Of a DNA stretch of 64,000 nt, positions 13,566 through 26,789 are shown piece after piece (the first letter of the stretch is position 1; each line of letters starts with the position of its first letter). The notes under the pieces are model-generated. The model was given only the letters and a program-made list of their open reading frames with translations, searched no databases and was not told where the DNA came from. The position numbers and the translations under genes were made by a program. The stretch comes from Saccostrea cucullata (Eukaryota), in the NCBI RefSeq assembly GCF_032062105.1, contig NW_026925750.1, positions 1-64,000 on the forward strand, read 5' to 3'.

Positions 13566-16500
13566 TTACTTCCCGTACCACGGGTTTTGTGTTGTAAAGC
13601 CGAAATCGTTTAATTCATTTTCGGTTTGTTTCAACACAACGGCATAGAGGACAATAACGACGACAACAGCGACGACGCCTAATCCAAGCGAGGTCAAGGT
13701 CAACCATTTGGCCACACCAGCACTGGATCGCCCTCCCTCGTAGTCACCAACATCGAACCGGGCCCTTGCCTGCACAAATAATTCAAATATATGATGAAAA
13801 ACACATGTACATGTATACATGAACCATATATACCGCTGCAAGGCAAGGGTTTCTGGTCCGATCCGATCCTAGCTCACAAACATTGTGAGGAGAATAGAGG
13901 ATCAAAAACCCTTGGCTAGCGAAGATTAAGTTTATCATGCAGGCGGCGTAGTTCATGTCCTCATGAATTCTCAAAAATTAAATTCATCAAAATATGTATT
14001 AACTGTTAAACTATATTTGGATGAAATGCAATTGTATGTCGGTTTATATCTCATTGCTGTATATGCAGAAGATAAACATCCTACATTGACGGCTGCGATA
14101 ATGGCGCAGATCCCAGTAGGCCAGAAGCAGCAGAGACAGGAAAAAATGGCGGGAACCAGCCAGTCATATCCTCTTGGTGCAGCAACCACGATGGGTGCAG
14201 CCGTATTGTTGACCTTCATTGTGAAAAAATAGTAATTAGTCTTTGTAAAAAAAATTTACTTTTTTCACGTATGTATATGTATAAATATACTCGCAAACAC
14301 AGGCACCTGACGTTACTCATTTTTCTTTTAATAAAAAAATATACATATACCTAATAATAAACGTTTATTATTACTAGGTATGTGTATAATTTTTTTATTA
14401 AAAGAAAAATAAGTAACGGCAGGTGCCTGTGTTCGCAAAGTATTGAAAATTGCAGTACAAATTTGAAAGATTATTTTTTTGAATTTACATGTTCGTGAAA
14501 AAATATTTTTTTAAAACAAAAAAGAATTCTACAAATGAATTTTCAAGTGCTTTGTCATGACTTACAACGACATTTGTAGAGGAACTCGTCATAGGAAAAC
14601 CATAACCCGCCGCCTGCTGTTGTCCGTACGCGGGAGGGGGTTGGTTGTACCCGGCGTTGTATGCTATAATTAGAAACATGAATAACCTTACGATTTGTTT
14701 TTTCCTGCATTTTTTCCTTTTTGATGGAAACAACGTGGACAGGATATGATTAAGTTTTAAAATCACTTACGGTTCTGTGGTTGATCCTTTTGTACATATC
14801 CAGCATTCTGAGCTGTAAACACAAACAATAATACAGATTGAGAATTAGTCTCTCAAATATTCTGAACTGATTTTACCCTTCCTTTTACATACCATGCATT
14901 TTAGGGGATTGATAGAAACACGAGTACATAGTTAACTCTCACTTAAATGAAGTTTCTTTTTTGGAGTGTGGTTGGAGGGCATTGAAGCAAACTTTTGATC
15001 TAAAGTTGTTTCAAATGGGAAAGAAATTAAGGATCTGTTAAGAAATAACTTGACTATATTTCTTTCATTATAACTTGACAAAACATGAGCATTATATATA
15101 TTACTATGTACAGATGCTGTCATGTGTCATTTTAGATTATATTCCGATTATTTATAAATTATATTGTTCCAAAATATATATAATTCAGTGTATCAAAATA
15201 CATGAATCTGATATTTTAATATATTCCATGAAATGGTCTGTAAACCAACCAGCTTTGTTCAGGGACACAAAATACAAGGGCCAAGATTCTATGTCTATCA
15301 TACCATTGTCACAGAGTTCTTCTTTGTGGCATTTGGAAGAAATTTATCCTTTTCCTTTTAAATGATACGGGCAAATAATGAATTTGAATTTCAGTTTCGA
15401 AAATGCATGAGGTACAGAAACTACAACCCTTTGTGATATGTGCCATTAATTGTTAAGAGTCGTATTTCATTTCCTCATGAAATCTTGAAAATGAAAAAAA
15501 ACACAATTTTTTGATATGATTGATCTCAGCTACTACAAATGTGGTTAAAACATAATCCTTAGTAAAACATCCCTCGAATATTATTGGTGAATTAATTTTT
15601 TTTAATCTAAGGGCAAACTTTTTTTTCGAAAATTGGTAGATAACAGTATAAAACTTAAACTTGATCTGGAAATCACCAAGATAATGCATACAATGTAGCA
15701 AAAATTAGCTCCTAACTAAACATGGATCTACAGAAAAATAAAAAAACAAAATAGAAAAAAGGAAAACTTTCAAAAATTGGACATTTTCAAAGATACAGGG
15801 CAAAAACTCTTGTTTCCATGAGTCATTAAATCAAAAATAAAATTCGAAGTTGATCTGTAAATAATAAAATATAAAGAAACTATCCCTATTAGCACAAGAA
15901 GAAACTGTATTAATGAAAACGGTTTTTTTTTATTTTCAAGCATAAAAAACATTATCTATAAACACGTAAAAAAAGGAAACATTTTTTAATAATAATTTTC
16001 AAATATTAGGGCAACAGTTTTGTATAAATGCAACTCGATCTGTAAATCATCAATATAAGGACACATACAAAACAAATGTGTCGTATATATGAACACAACA
16101 AAACAAATTCCATAAAACTACGATGGAATGCTAGAATGACAATCAATGATAAGCAAACATTTCCCCAACCCATCTGATACAAGAAAGAAATCGTAGAATC
16201 GGGTGAATAGTTTCTTTGCCTTGTCTGTCCGTTTGTTTGTCCGCAAAAACTTGGCAATGAACTTTGTCCTATACTTTTTAGTGGGTGGGGCTATGGCTTT
16301 CACATTTCACATGTGTATTCCCTTATAATAACAAGAACTTTCTTAGGGTATCACAAAATTTAACATCTTGACCTTGGAGTTGGACCCAATTTCACAAAAC
16401 ATTCCACGCTTTAACCATGGCCATAACTTTTGCCTTTGAACAGTAGTTGCTGGGGCTCTCATAATTCACATGTGTATCCATTGTGAGAAGACCTTTCTTT

Positions 16501-19500
16501 TAAAACCAACAATTTTGACCTTTTGACTTTGGAGTTTTACTTGGCATTTGAGAAAATTCAGCTCTTTCTATAAGCTGCCATACGAGCTAGGATATTAGTA
16601 TTTAACAAACACATCTTACTTTCCTAGGTACAGTAAGTAGCCCTCATTCAACTACATGTATAGGAAACCTTGAAGTTTAATGTAAAAAGGTTTCTATAGA
16701 CGTGTTTTAAAATATTTTTTTCAGTTTTTACATCGTTTAGGTGACAAAAACTAAAAATACTTTGTTTCTTAAGGACTTAGATTTAAAACAAGCTGTGTTT
16801 GTTAAACGCAGTTTGATGCCCTGTATGACAGCTTATGGCGAAGGTTAAAGTTTCTCAAATGCAACTCCAAAGTCAAAACAACAAAACTGATGTTACCCAA
16901 AGAAAGGATTTGTGTCAATGGATATACCAGGTAGATATGAAAGCCCATGCAAGATCAGTTCAAAAGACACAAGGTTATTGTTATGTTAATGTTTTTTAAA
17001 GTAGGCAAAACTCCCTGATCAAGGTTAAAGAGTCAAAATAATTGGTACACATTGTGATTAAAAATAAACATGCAAATAAAAAAGCTCTAGCACCAACTAT
17101 TCAAATGTTATGACAAAGATGAAGTTTTTTTCCAAAGTATGTCAAACTCCAAGGTCAAAAGGTCAAATTGTTGTTATCCACAGAAACTTATAGGTATTGT
17201 CACGTCCTACATATAGTACTAATTGTTCAAAACTTATGACTAAGGCTAAACTTTAAAAAAAAAGAATGGATGAAATATTAAGGTCCAGTTCAGAAGGTCA
17301 AAATACAAACAACAATGGAAAGTTTTTGGCTCGATAAATACACGGTCATGTGAAATATGAATACCCTTACATCAAGTGTTCAAAAGTTATGTGTTCAAAG
17401 GTTAAAGTAGATTAATTTTTTGCAGAAGTGGGTCAACTCCAAAGTTAAATTGTTCGGTATCCAAAAGAAGGTCTTGGCACAAGGAATGCACATGTGAAAT
17501 ATAAAAAGTGTTAAAGCTTTACCAATCAAAAGTTATTGGTAAGTTTAAAGTTTTTGCTGACATTCGGACAATTAGACAGACGGACAAACATTCGGACAGA
17601 CGGATGACCAGGGCAAAAACTATTTATCCCCGAATCTTCGATTACGGGGGGACATTAAAATTACATTTTAAAAGAAAGGCGGGAGTCGTGGACATAAAAA
17701 AAATCATTACTTTTATTCAGTTTCGTACATTCATCCTTCCAACTTTTTGTTTAGATTAGGTGTACTTTAATTTGATTTTAATTTAAAAAAGAAATACACG
17801 TCATACTAAATACTCATGCTTCCTTTTAAAGGATACAAACATACTATAATTATAAAATTCATTCAAGCATTTTATTGAATTTTGATGAGCATTTCGACAA
17901 ATAGGTTAATACAAAATTCAAATGTCGATGTGTTGATTTCTTTGAACAATCTCTGCATTGATTGCAACATGAATATTTTAACACTGCAATGTCACAAAAT
18001 AAAAAAAAACCTGTCGAAGTGCAGTGATTTAGACGTATACATAGTTTTATGCATCACTTGAACACGACAAAAAGTTTATTTTGCTTTACAACTCTTATCA
18101 GGGCGGAGGGATCAATTTGTGTAGCTTTAAGAGCTCTACAACACTTACAGTACGAACTCTCATAACACGAGGCCCGTGCGTTTCATCGCTAACCCGAGTC
18201 ACTTTTGGCCCTGTTGTTGTTGTTGTGTATTGTATTTCATTCATAATGAGCATGAATTCTGAAAGCCTATTGTGGTCCTACCCTTTACGCGGGGGATTTG
18301 AACAAAAAAATTAATATACATGTATGATTTAATATATGATGCTTCAAAATTGATATTATTCGCCATGGCTTTGCTGCTCCTGAGGAGTTTAACGTATTTC
18401 TCATAAAATTCCTATCGTACAATCCCACCCCTAGGGACCATGCAGAATCTGATGATTTTTTTTTACAATCTATATTTACCTCTTAAAGCTTTCTTCTACG
18501 TTTCTCTTTTTCTAGTTATTAGTTCAATTTAAGATTCTCTTTACCCAAAAATGTTGTGTACCAGTTTTGATAGATATTAATAAGTCCTATGGTTCTTGAA
18601 AAGAGGTTAATTGTTGAAAATGGGAAAAGTGTACAGACAAACAGACTGACGGAGGATAATGAGTGATCAGAAAAGCTATTTTCAGCTTCAAATCAGGTTA
18701 GCCAAAATTCTCTATCTGTTTTAAGAGACATTTGCTTTTCATGCCAAAAGAAATCTAATAAGGAAGAGTTCTGCTACTGGGTAAATATTGAATGGGGAAA
18801 TTTATGGGATTTTCTTTTTACCTTACAGAAAAGATAACAGAGTATGTTAACCTTGTCTTGCGATATTTGGGAGCAATTACGTGAGGAGTGCGAGAAATAT
18901 CAATTTGTCCAAAAAAATCATTTCTTTCAATGTGGCAATAGTTACATGGATGTTTCTATATATACATGTAAATAGTGACGTGATAAATGCCAGTTGCAGT
19001 TTAATGTATACTATTTTGTCCTTATTTTTTGTCTTTTTAGAGATGGTGTTCATCTGTAAAATGAGATTTCTATAGACTTTAAATGCTAAAATCAGGATAT
19101 TTTTATCCTGTTTTTAAAAACCGTTTTGTCTGCAAGGCACACACTCAAAGATTTCTACCACAGCGATGATCAAGTTTAAACCTCCAGTACTGTGTTGGAA
19201 TTGCAGGAATTTGGGGCTGAATATAAAAGTAAAGGCCAACCAGAAAAAGTCTTTTTTAAAAAATTCTGTGGAAAAAAATTGGGAACTTGAAAAAGAAAAA
19301 GCATAGTCAGTTACGTATATTTTCTGTTAAAAATCGTGCAATTTAGACTAACCAATTTTTCGATACTATAATAAGTAATAATAAGATCATATTAAGAGAA
19401 ATCTTCGTCATGAAGAATGGGCAGAGCGGAGAGAAGCCCATTTTTCGTTACGAAGATTTCTCTTAATATGACCTTATTGACTTAGAACAGAACCCCAGCC

Positions 19501-22500
19501 AATCAAATGAATTGGTCAAAAATAATTTTTTTCACATTTGGCTGTGCCATATATAAAATACAAGTTGATCTTCATTGTATATCAGAGACGAACATCAATA
19601 TTGAACACACGCGGTTTAATCTACAATTTTCAGGTTAGCATGGATTTGTGTGAAATTGCTTGATTTACTTGGAAACTGGTATGGTAAAGATATTAGATTA
19701 AGCTACTGAGTTAAAGAATATCCATGTAAAAAGAATCTTAATATCTATTTTATTTTAATAATTGTGTTACAATGTAAGATGACAAGGTCCTAGTCGGCAG
19801 AAGTGGACATCGGTCTAGAGTCAAATAAAATATGAAAAATGTTTAATCTGTCTTCAGAGACAAGGTTGGTCTCTGATATACATAATTGTATCTTCTGTAT
19901 GTGAAATGTGAAAAAACTGTATTCAGAAAGGCGACAAAAGATAACAGTGGAAATAAAAAAAAGTGTAGTAAGGCCTAGAAATTTTTGAATATCATTGTAA
20001 ACAGCACCTGGCTTTTGCAATAATTTGTTTTTCTGTGATGAACAAAAACCAACAAAGACACACCCATATAACTTTCAAGTGAACCCATCAAACACCGTTA
20101 AATATTTCAGAATTAGAACATAACCTACTTATTCAGCCTATCAAATGCTTTTATTTCTCGCGAAGAATTGATTCTTCATGGTGAAGAATTCTTCTATTTC
20201 TGAAATATTTAATGGTGTATGATTGGTTCACTGGACAGTTTTATGGGCATGTCTTTATTGGTTTTTGTTCAGTACACAAAAAGAAACTATTCAAAAACCA
20301 TGTGCTATTTACAATGATATTTAAACTTTCTAGGCCTTGCTACACTTTTAAACTTTTGTCTTTCCACTGTAGTCTTTTTTCGCCTTTCTGAATATAATTT
20401 TTTCACATTTCGGTACATACATAAGACACAACCACCATCATGTATATTAGAGACGAACCTTGTCTTTGAAGGCAGATTTAAGTCACAATATTCATCATAT
20501 TTTCATTCGACATTAGACGGCGATTCCCACTCCTGCTGACTAGGGCCTTGTCATTTAAACACAATTATTTTTTAACCAGAAGTCTCTGTCGAGACTGAAG
20601 CTCTACTGGTTTGTACTTATAGCAAAGGAAGAGAAAAGTACTTAAGCAGTTGGGAATTGAAACTTTACAACGGCAATAAATAGAATAATGATCCTTGATA
20701 AAGTCTCTTTATGTTCTTATGCCCTGTTCACACGACAAGTTTAATTCGCAGTAATTTAATGCGAAGTAAACTAATGCGAATCAAACTAATGCGAATTAAA
20801 TTGCGTTCACACGACAGCTAATGCGAAGTAAACTAATGCGAATTAAAAATTTACTTCGACAGTCAGGCGTGAGGAAGGCTATTATGACGTCATTTGCAAA
20901 TCACGTCACCTTATGCAGAAGCAGATGCATTTGACATAATGTCACAGCGTCTGGGGACATATTTTAGTGATTAACACATTTTTTCTTAGTTTTTCACTCA
21001 AAAATAGCATAAGTACTTAAAGCTGACCACCGACATGACGCATTTGACTTCATTTTGCCATTACGCATGCCCCAAAATTTAATTCGAATTAGCTTCGCTT
21101 AGCGTTCACATGGAGCTATTGCGAAGTAATTTAATGCGCAGTAAACTAATGCGAAGTAAACTAACTCGCATTAAATTCTCCGTGTGAACGCTAAGCGAAG
21201 CTAATTCGCAGTAAACTTACGTTTAATTCGAATTAAACTCTCCGTGTGAACAGGGCATTAGTGTAGTCTACTTGTGTGCCAAGTTGTATTGAAATCAAAC
21301 CAAAACTGTAGGATGAGTAGCATCTTGAAACAATTTTAGACATTTCTATTTTTAGTAACCACGGCAACACCGTTCATCGAAATCAAAAACCGATACACAG
21401 AATTATGTATCTTAGTGTAGTCTAATTTTATGCCATGTTATATTGAAATCAGACCAAAACTGTAGGAGGAGTAGCATTTTGAAAGAATTTCACAGAAATT
21501 TCTATTTTTAGTAACCACGGCAACACCGTTCATCGAAATTAAAAACCGGTAAACAGAATTATGTATCTTAGTGTAGTCTACTTGTGTGCCAAGTTATATT
21601 GAAAACAGATCAAAACTGTAGGAGGAGTAGCATTTTGAAAGAATTTCACAGAAATTTCTATTTATAGTAATCACGACAACACCGTTCATCGAAATCAAAA
21701 ACCGATATACAGAATCATGTATCTTAGTGTAGTCTACTTGTGTGCCAAGTTATATTGAAATCAGACCAAACTGTAGGAGGAGTAGCATTTTGAAAGAATT
21801 TCACAGAAATTTCTATTTATAGTAACCACGACAACACCGTTCATCGAAATCGAAAACGGATAAACAGAATTATGTACCGTATGTAGTCTACTTGTGTGCC
21901 AAGTTATATTGAAATCAGATCAAAACTGTAGGAGGAGTAGCATTTTGAAAGAATTTCACAGAAATTTCTATTTTTAGTAACCACGGCAACATCGTTCATC
22001 GAAATCGAAAACCGATACACAGAATTATGTATCTTAGTGTAGTCTGCTTGTGTGCCAAGTTATAATATTGAAATTAGACCAAAACTGTAGGAGGAGTAGC
22101 ATTTTGAAAAATGTTTACAGACAGACGGACAGCTAGACAGCTAGACAGACGGACAAACGGACGGACGCCGGACGCATTACTATCGCATAAGCTCTTCTGG
22201 TCTCTGACCAGCAGAGCTAAAAATATAGATATTAAGATTCTTGTTACAAGAATATTCATTAACTCAGTAGCTTTAATATCTTCATCATACCGTTTCCCTA
22301 GTAAATATATATTATCATAACAGTAACTTGATCCGAAGGGTCGTATCACGTCGAGTTGACAGGCGCGGAGCTTCAGATCTAACGAGACGCGAAGCGTCGA
22401 GTTTGATCTGATGATCCGCGCCTGTCAATGAGACGTGATACGGCTCTTCGGATCAAGTTACTGTAACAGTTATAATGATAAATTTATTATATACCCCCTC

Positions 22501-24483
22501 ATAACTAGCAAAATAGAGCAAAATAGAACTTTAGAGATCAATTGTATAACATTTATCCATAAAACAAAGCATAATAACAAGGGACTTTTTAACGCGCAAG
22601 AAAAATCACGTCATGTTTCTGCGTACTACGTCATCAGTTTCAGAGAGTGGTAAACAACAGTGTGGTGATCCGGAAAATCACTGTAAAATCAACAGTAAAA
22701 TTGAGTGATACACATTAGGTATATAATAAATCAAGCTATTTTATATAATTCCATACTATTACTAGCCTGAATTCTGAAACCGCGTGTTCGATATTGATTG
22801 CGTGCTCGGTATAATATATCGATCGTATATGTACAACAAGCATTAAAGTTGGGCATTTTATATGACACAGCCGTCGCGGTGGGGGGGGGGGGGGGGTTTA
22901 TTTTTAATCCATTCATTTGATTGTTCTGTTCTAAGTTAGAGAGAAATCTTCGTCATGAAGAATGGGCTCCGCTCCGCCCATTCTTCATGACGAAGATTTC
23001 TCTTCATATGATCTACTTACTTTTACATAGAAGAATTCTTCACCATGAAGAATCAATTCTTAGCGAGAAGCATTTGATTGGCTGAATAAGTAGGTTATGT
23101 TCTAATGCTGATGAAAATTCAGTTTTACGATGCAATTTTCCACTTCCAATACCGTGTAACTGGGTGTTTGTGTGTGATGTGTGTGCATGGTGGTACGTGT
23201 ACATATCATCTGTACATTCTAACATATCAAACATATATGTATCAGACAGTCAATTTTTTATACCCCCTGCTTGAAAAGTGGGAGGGTATAGAGTAATCGG
23301 TATGTCCGTCCGTCCGTCTGTTACGCTTTGGGGTACCCATCTCTTATCCGCAACTCCTCTCATACCACTTAAGGAAATTTAATGAAACTTTCAGAGAATC
23401 TTTATTGCATATTGCCATTGTGCACCTCTATCATTTAGTGAGCTCATCGCTCACAGTACCTCTAGTTTCAATAAACTCCTTTTTCTATAAACCAGTTTTA
23501 AGAAACCGCGAGGAAGAGGTGTCACAATTTTTTTTTGGTCTGTCTGTCTGTCTCCATATAACTAGGATGAATTCCAACCCTATCAGATTATAGGCCACAT
23601 ATAATTGCCCCGAGTTACCGTTTGGATAGCTGCAGATCTGTAGCTCGCTGGTCTGAAAAAATTAGGATGGACAACCGAAAAAATCTCAGGTCTGTTAGAA
23701 TATACATTTTTTTTTTTGGAGAGCTACAAGTCTGCAGCTAACGTTTGTAGTGTACAAACTTAACATGTTTAAGTATTTTAAGTGATCTTATTTATCAACG
23801 TCCTTTGCCAGACACATCTTGGTGATATCAAAGGTCAAATTTAGGTTTTCCCTTTTCATAAATGAGTCACATACGGGAGCATTTGGATTTTCCACAACGC
23901 ACCTTGTTTTAAACTATTGACATCATATGACAGTTTTTAGCATTGTTAGATGCTTATGCTTATGCATTCAATTTTATTCAAATTAGTTGAAATTTGCTTT
24001 TACATTTAATACAAAAATATGCCCGATATGAAAAGCGCAATCGTTCAATATTATTCACTCGCAAAAAAAGTCAGAGAAAAATATTGAATTTGGACGTGAT
24101 TTAATTGCTTAGTTTTGATTAATATTTTAAATTATTTGATTTTTTGTTACGCTATTGTTCCGAGAAGTTCCCGTCTACCGACTTCGGTCAACGTTGGCAC
24201 AAAGTATGTACGGTTATTTATCAAGTTGACTAGGCTTGTGACAAAAAGTCTGTAACTGTTTACTTTAAAAAGACACTGATAAGATTTGATTTTTTGTTCA
24301 ACTTTTACTAGTATACCTGAAGTAAAGGCCTTTTCGCTTTGTATAATTTTTTTTTCGCTTTGTATAATTAATTGATAAAGGAAAATAATTAATTATAAGT
24401 TAATCTAATATTTTCATTATGTAGTAAATAGAACTTTAATAACAATACTCACGATCTACTTCGTATTTCTGTCCGCTCGACAT
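13566..24483 (-). CDS. CD225/dispanin family membrane protein (IFITM/PRRT1-like), copy B, ~167 aa
   Basis: Exons 24483-24453 (MSSGQKYEVD, homologous to exon 1 of copy A), 14812-14771, 14663-14566 (YNQPPPAYGQQQ...), 14213-14085 and 13769-13566 (ARARFDVGDYEGGRSSAGVAKWLTL...PWYGK*). All introns are GT-AG and the 504 nt are in frame. The first intron is ~9.6 kb and TE-filled. Confidence 0.88.
14286..14443. mobile_element. Palindromic (foldback) MITE in a CD225 copy B intron
   Basis: Near-perfect ~160-bp hairpin atact.gc.aacacaggcacctg...caggtgcctgtgtt.gc.aagtat. Confidence 0.7.
16180..17660. mobile_element. Two adjacent degenerate non-autonomous Helentron (pearl/CvA-like) elements in opposite orientation
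   Basis: gtcc/gaca microsatellite, ttgaccttg-rich repeats and ends aaacacatctt (16609) and aacaagctgtgtttgt (16787); approximate boundaries. Confidence 0.55.
19375..19490. repeat. Hairpin element, related copy at 22930-23015
   Basis: aagagaaatcttcgtcatgaagaatggg...cccatt.ttc.t.acgaagatttctctt palindrome present twice. Confidence 0.7.
19778..20553. repeat. ~775-bp degenerate inverted repeat (foldback element)
   Basis: Arms atgacaaggtcctagtcggcag... and ...ctgctgactagggccttgtcat align inward to ~20105/20200; the centre has an inverted copy at 23027-23118. Confidence 0.75.
20574..22221 (-). mobile_element. Helentron-like (pearl/CvA-type) element with an internal ~156-bp tandem array (~5 copies)
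   Basis: tagtgtagtcta recurs at 21259, 21413, 21569, 21725, ~21880 and 22035; gacg/gaca microsatellite; gagctaa terminus; hairpin at 20574-20611. Confidence 0.75.
20720..21257. mobile_element. PIF/Harbinger-like MITE nested in the 156-bp array
   Basis: TIR tgccctgttcacacg / cgtgtgaacagggca, TTA target duplication, internal aaactaatgcgaa repeats. Confidence 0.85.
22310..22730. mobile_element. Hairpin-bearing element (Crypton/Helentron-like)
   Basis: ~150-bp palindrome 22318-22466 with a GCGAAGC apex; perfect inverted 13-mer tttattatatacc (22483) / ggtatataataaa (22718). Confidence 0.65.
23255..23460 (+). mobile_element. Short Helentron-like element, second copy at ~62183-62481
   Basis: Shared tttataccccc.gcttgaaaagtgggagggtata...gtccgtctgttacgctttggggtaccc...gtgagctcat.gctcacagt. 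Confidence 0.7.
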
Positions 24484-24598
24484 CTTTGGTCAGAGAATTT
24501 CAGAATAATAATCACAATGTACTTTGTAAATTCCCAAACTTGTGCCTCTGACAAGAACTCCTGGATCTGTAATCAATGGACTTGAACAAAGTTTCGCA

Positions 24599-24633
24599 CG
24601 CTTCACTGACCTTTATTTACCCGGAAGTAAATA
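24599..24633 (-). promoter_or_regulatory. Conserved proximal promoter block of CD225 copy B (ETS CCGGAAGT, Inr-like TCAGT)
   Basis: Perfect ETS core ccggaagt at 24621-24628; the block is paralogous to 6798-6833. Confidence 0.45.
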
Positions 24634-25014
24634 CCTGAGACGACGTAAATACGACGTGGGTTCTCAATCTTTTGCAACAAGTGAATGTGATTTTAGTTGA
24701 ATATATAATAATAAAAGATTTATCTTGTGAAATACAACTGTCAAACGAGAATGACAAAGTTTTCAATTCCTACCTATTTAGAAACAGGCAAAATTTGTTA
24801 CATTGATGGGACCAGTACAAACATGGGGACAATGATTTTTTTCCTCGAAGAAAACAATGGGACAAAAACTTATTTTGGCATTAAGTACCAATGGGGCATG
24901 TGTACAAATGGATGCAGCAAAGTCAAATTAGGGTTATTTCATAATCATATACTTTACATACGAATGGTGTCTCAAGTTAATCAATTCGGAAAATATTCAT
25001 TGTTTAATCATTCC

Positions 25015-25170
25015 AACAAACGTTTATCATTGTTTGAAATATCTATTATCTGAAAGACTCCTCCAGTAACTTTAATTAATTCTTAACAAACGTTTAACAA
25101 ACGTTTATCATTGTTTGAAACATCTATTATCTGAAAGACTCCTCCAGTAACTTTAATTAATTCTTAACAA
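25015..25170. repeat. Tandem duplication of ~80 bp
   Basis: aacaaacgtttatcattgtttgaaa.atctattatctgaaagactcctccagtaactttaattaattcttaacaa occurs twice. Confidence 0.85.
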
Positions 25171-26045
25171 TGTACCTCTTTGTAATCTTTGTTCCAATAA
25201 TCTCATAAAGTTAAAACATCACTGTAACCTTTTTTACAAGTCGAAAGACATGTGATGACAAATATTTTGTTAAGATAAGAATGCCATGGGGCGGGTATTT
25301 TTTTTTTAATGAGAACTATGTTTTTAAATAAATTATTGTTAATACCTTTAAAAATTTGTTCCTATACAAATTTTTACGAAAAAAGTCCAACATTTCTAAT
25401 GTTTTGCTGAGCGGGGAAAAAAATCGATGTTGGACCGCAAAGTGGGATGTTGGATCGGTCGATGAGATGTTAGACCGCTTACGTCGCAGAATAGGCGGAG
25501 TTTAATCGCATTTTTATTCGTTGGTGTTCATGATCAAAAGTGACGGACCTAAGGTTACATCACGGAAGACAGTACAAAATATATGTTTGTCAAAAAAAAA
25601 TAATAAAACGAAAGGGATAACAAAACATTTATTAACTATGTTATCGGGCAAAATGCGTTTTGTCGGACCCAAGAACCAAACTGTCTGCCTGTGGCCGTTT
25701 TGTCGGACCCAAGAACCAAACGGTCGGCCTGAGGCCGACAAAACGCATGTTGCCCTCAAACTTAGACGATAAATGTATACTATTTTCTTTTTCTTTCCTT
25801 ATGAAATAATCATGATGATTCATGATAACAAAGTCAGTCAAAAGCTTTAGAAGTCTTCGAGTGGGCAATGCGGAACTGCCACCAAGTAACACGGCAATAT
25901 CACGGTAATATGCACATATATATAGGGGTTGTAGGTATATAGCAGATTTGAAAGAAATACGGCGTACAATTCTTTCTACGGATAGTGTTCAGGCATGCAC
26001 ACACAGACACATGACGTTATTTGTTTTATTTTAATAAAATAAATA

Positions 26046-26161
26046 CAGGCGCGTATTAGTACGGGGGGGGGGGGGGGCAGCAGCCCCCCTCCCCAACTTA
26101 CTTTTCAAACATAAGTTTTTCTATTGAAAATGTTCATTGAAAGGCCGTTACCCCCCCCCCC

Positions 26162-26192
<31 letters not shown>

Positions 26193-26427
26193 ACACACAC
26201 ATTTGGGTAAAGTAAAGTGATATTAGGGTAATGTAGTAATTGTACAAAGAGAATTTGATACTGAAAGAAGTTGGTGATGAAAAGAGTTGGCCTCTACAAC
26301 CAACATCCCCCCCCCTCACGAAATAGGATTTTCAAGTTTGGGAAATTTATTTTGCATGTCAACTTTTTTTTACAGGTAAGAATTTTTTTCTCTGATGCCC
26401 CTTTTCAGCAACGACGCTACGTCGCTG
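26046..26427. mobile_element. G/C-run-rich MITE with 5-bp TSD
   Basis: CAG...CTG imperfect TIRs flanked by AAATA on both sides. Confidence 0.6.
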
Positions 26428-26789
26428 AAATATAACCCCTTATCTATGTAAACAACAAGATAAGAAGTTCAGCTTTAAGTACAAGCGTTATGCAGGTATA
26501 TGGGCCTCTTGTTTGGTTTAGCGACATACTTGTAATAACGAGATCAAGTATTGATCTCCATTCTTGTCCCAGAATAAATCTGTCTAATAATATTTCCTTG
26601 AATTAGGCTCGGTAACATAAATTGTTTTACCACCACCCACAAACACAACACACTGACTGAGTAATAAAATGTACCTATAGTCATACAAAGAAGTTTGATG
26701 CCTGACAGTACTGACTCTAATTCGATAAAATTTCTTCATGTCTACGATAATTCAGACCACGAAACATGAACTGACAAGATCGGAAATAT

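Noticed and set aside
21259-22110. Regular arrays here and at 49800-50660 as CRISPR arrays
   Set aside because: Whole 156- and 166-bp units are repeated with no unique spacers and no cas genes; they are Helentron-borne satellites.
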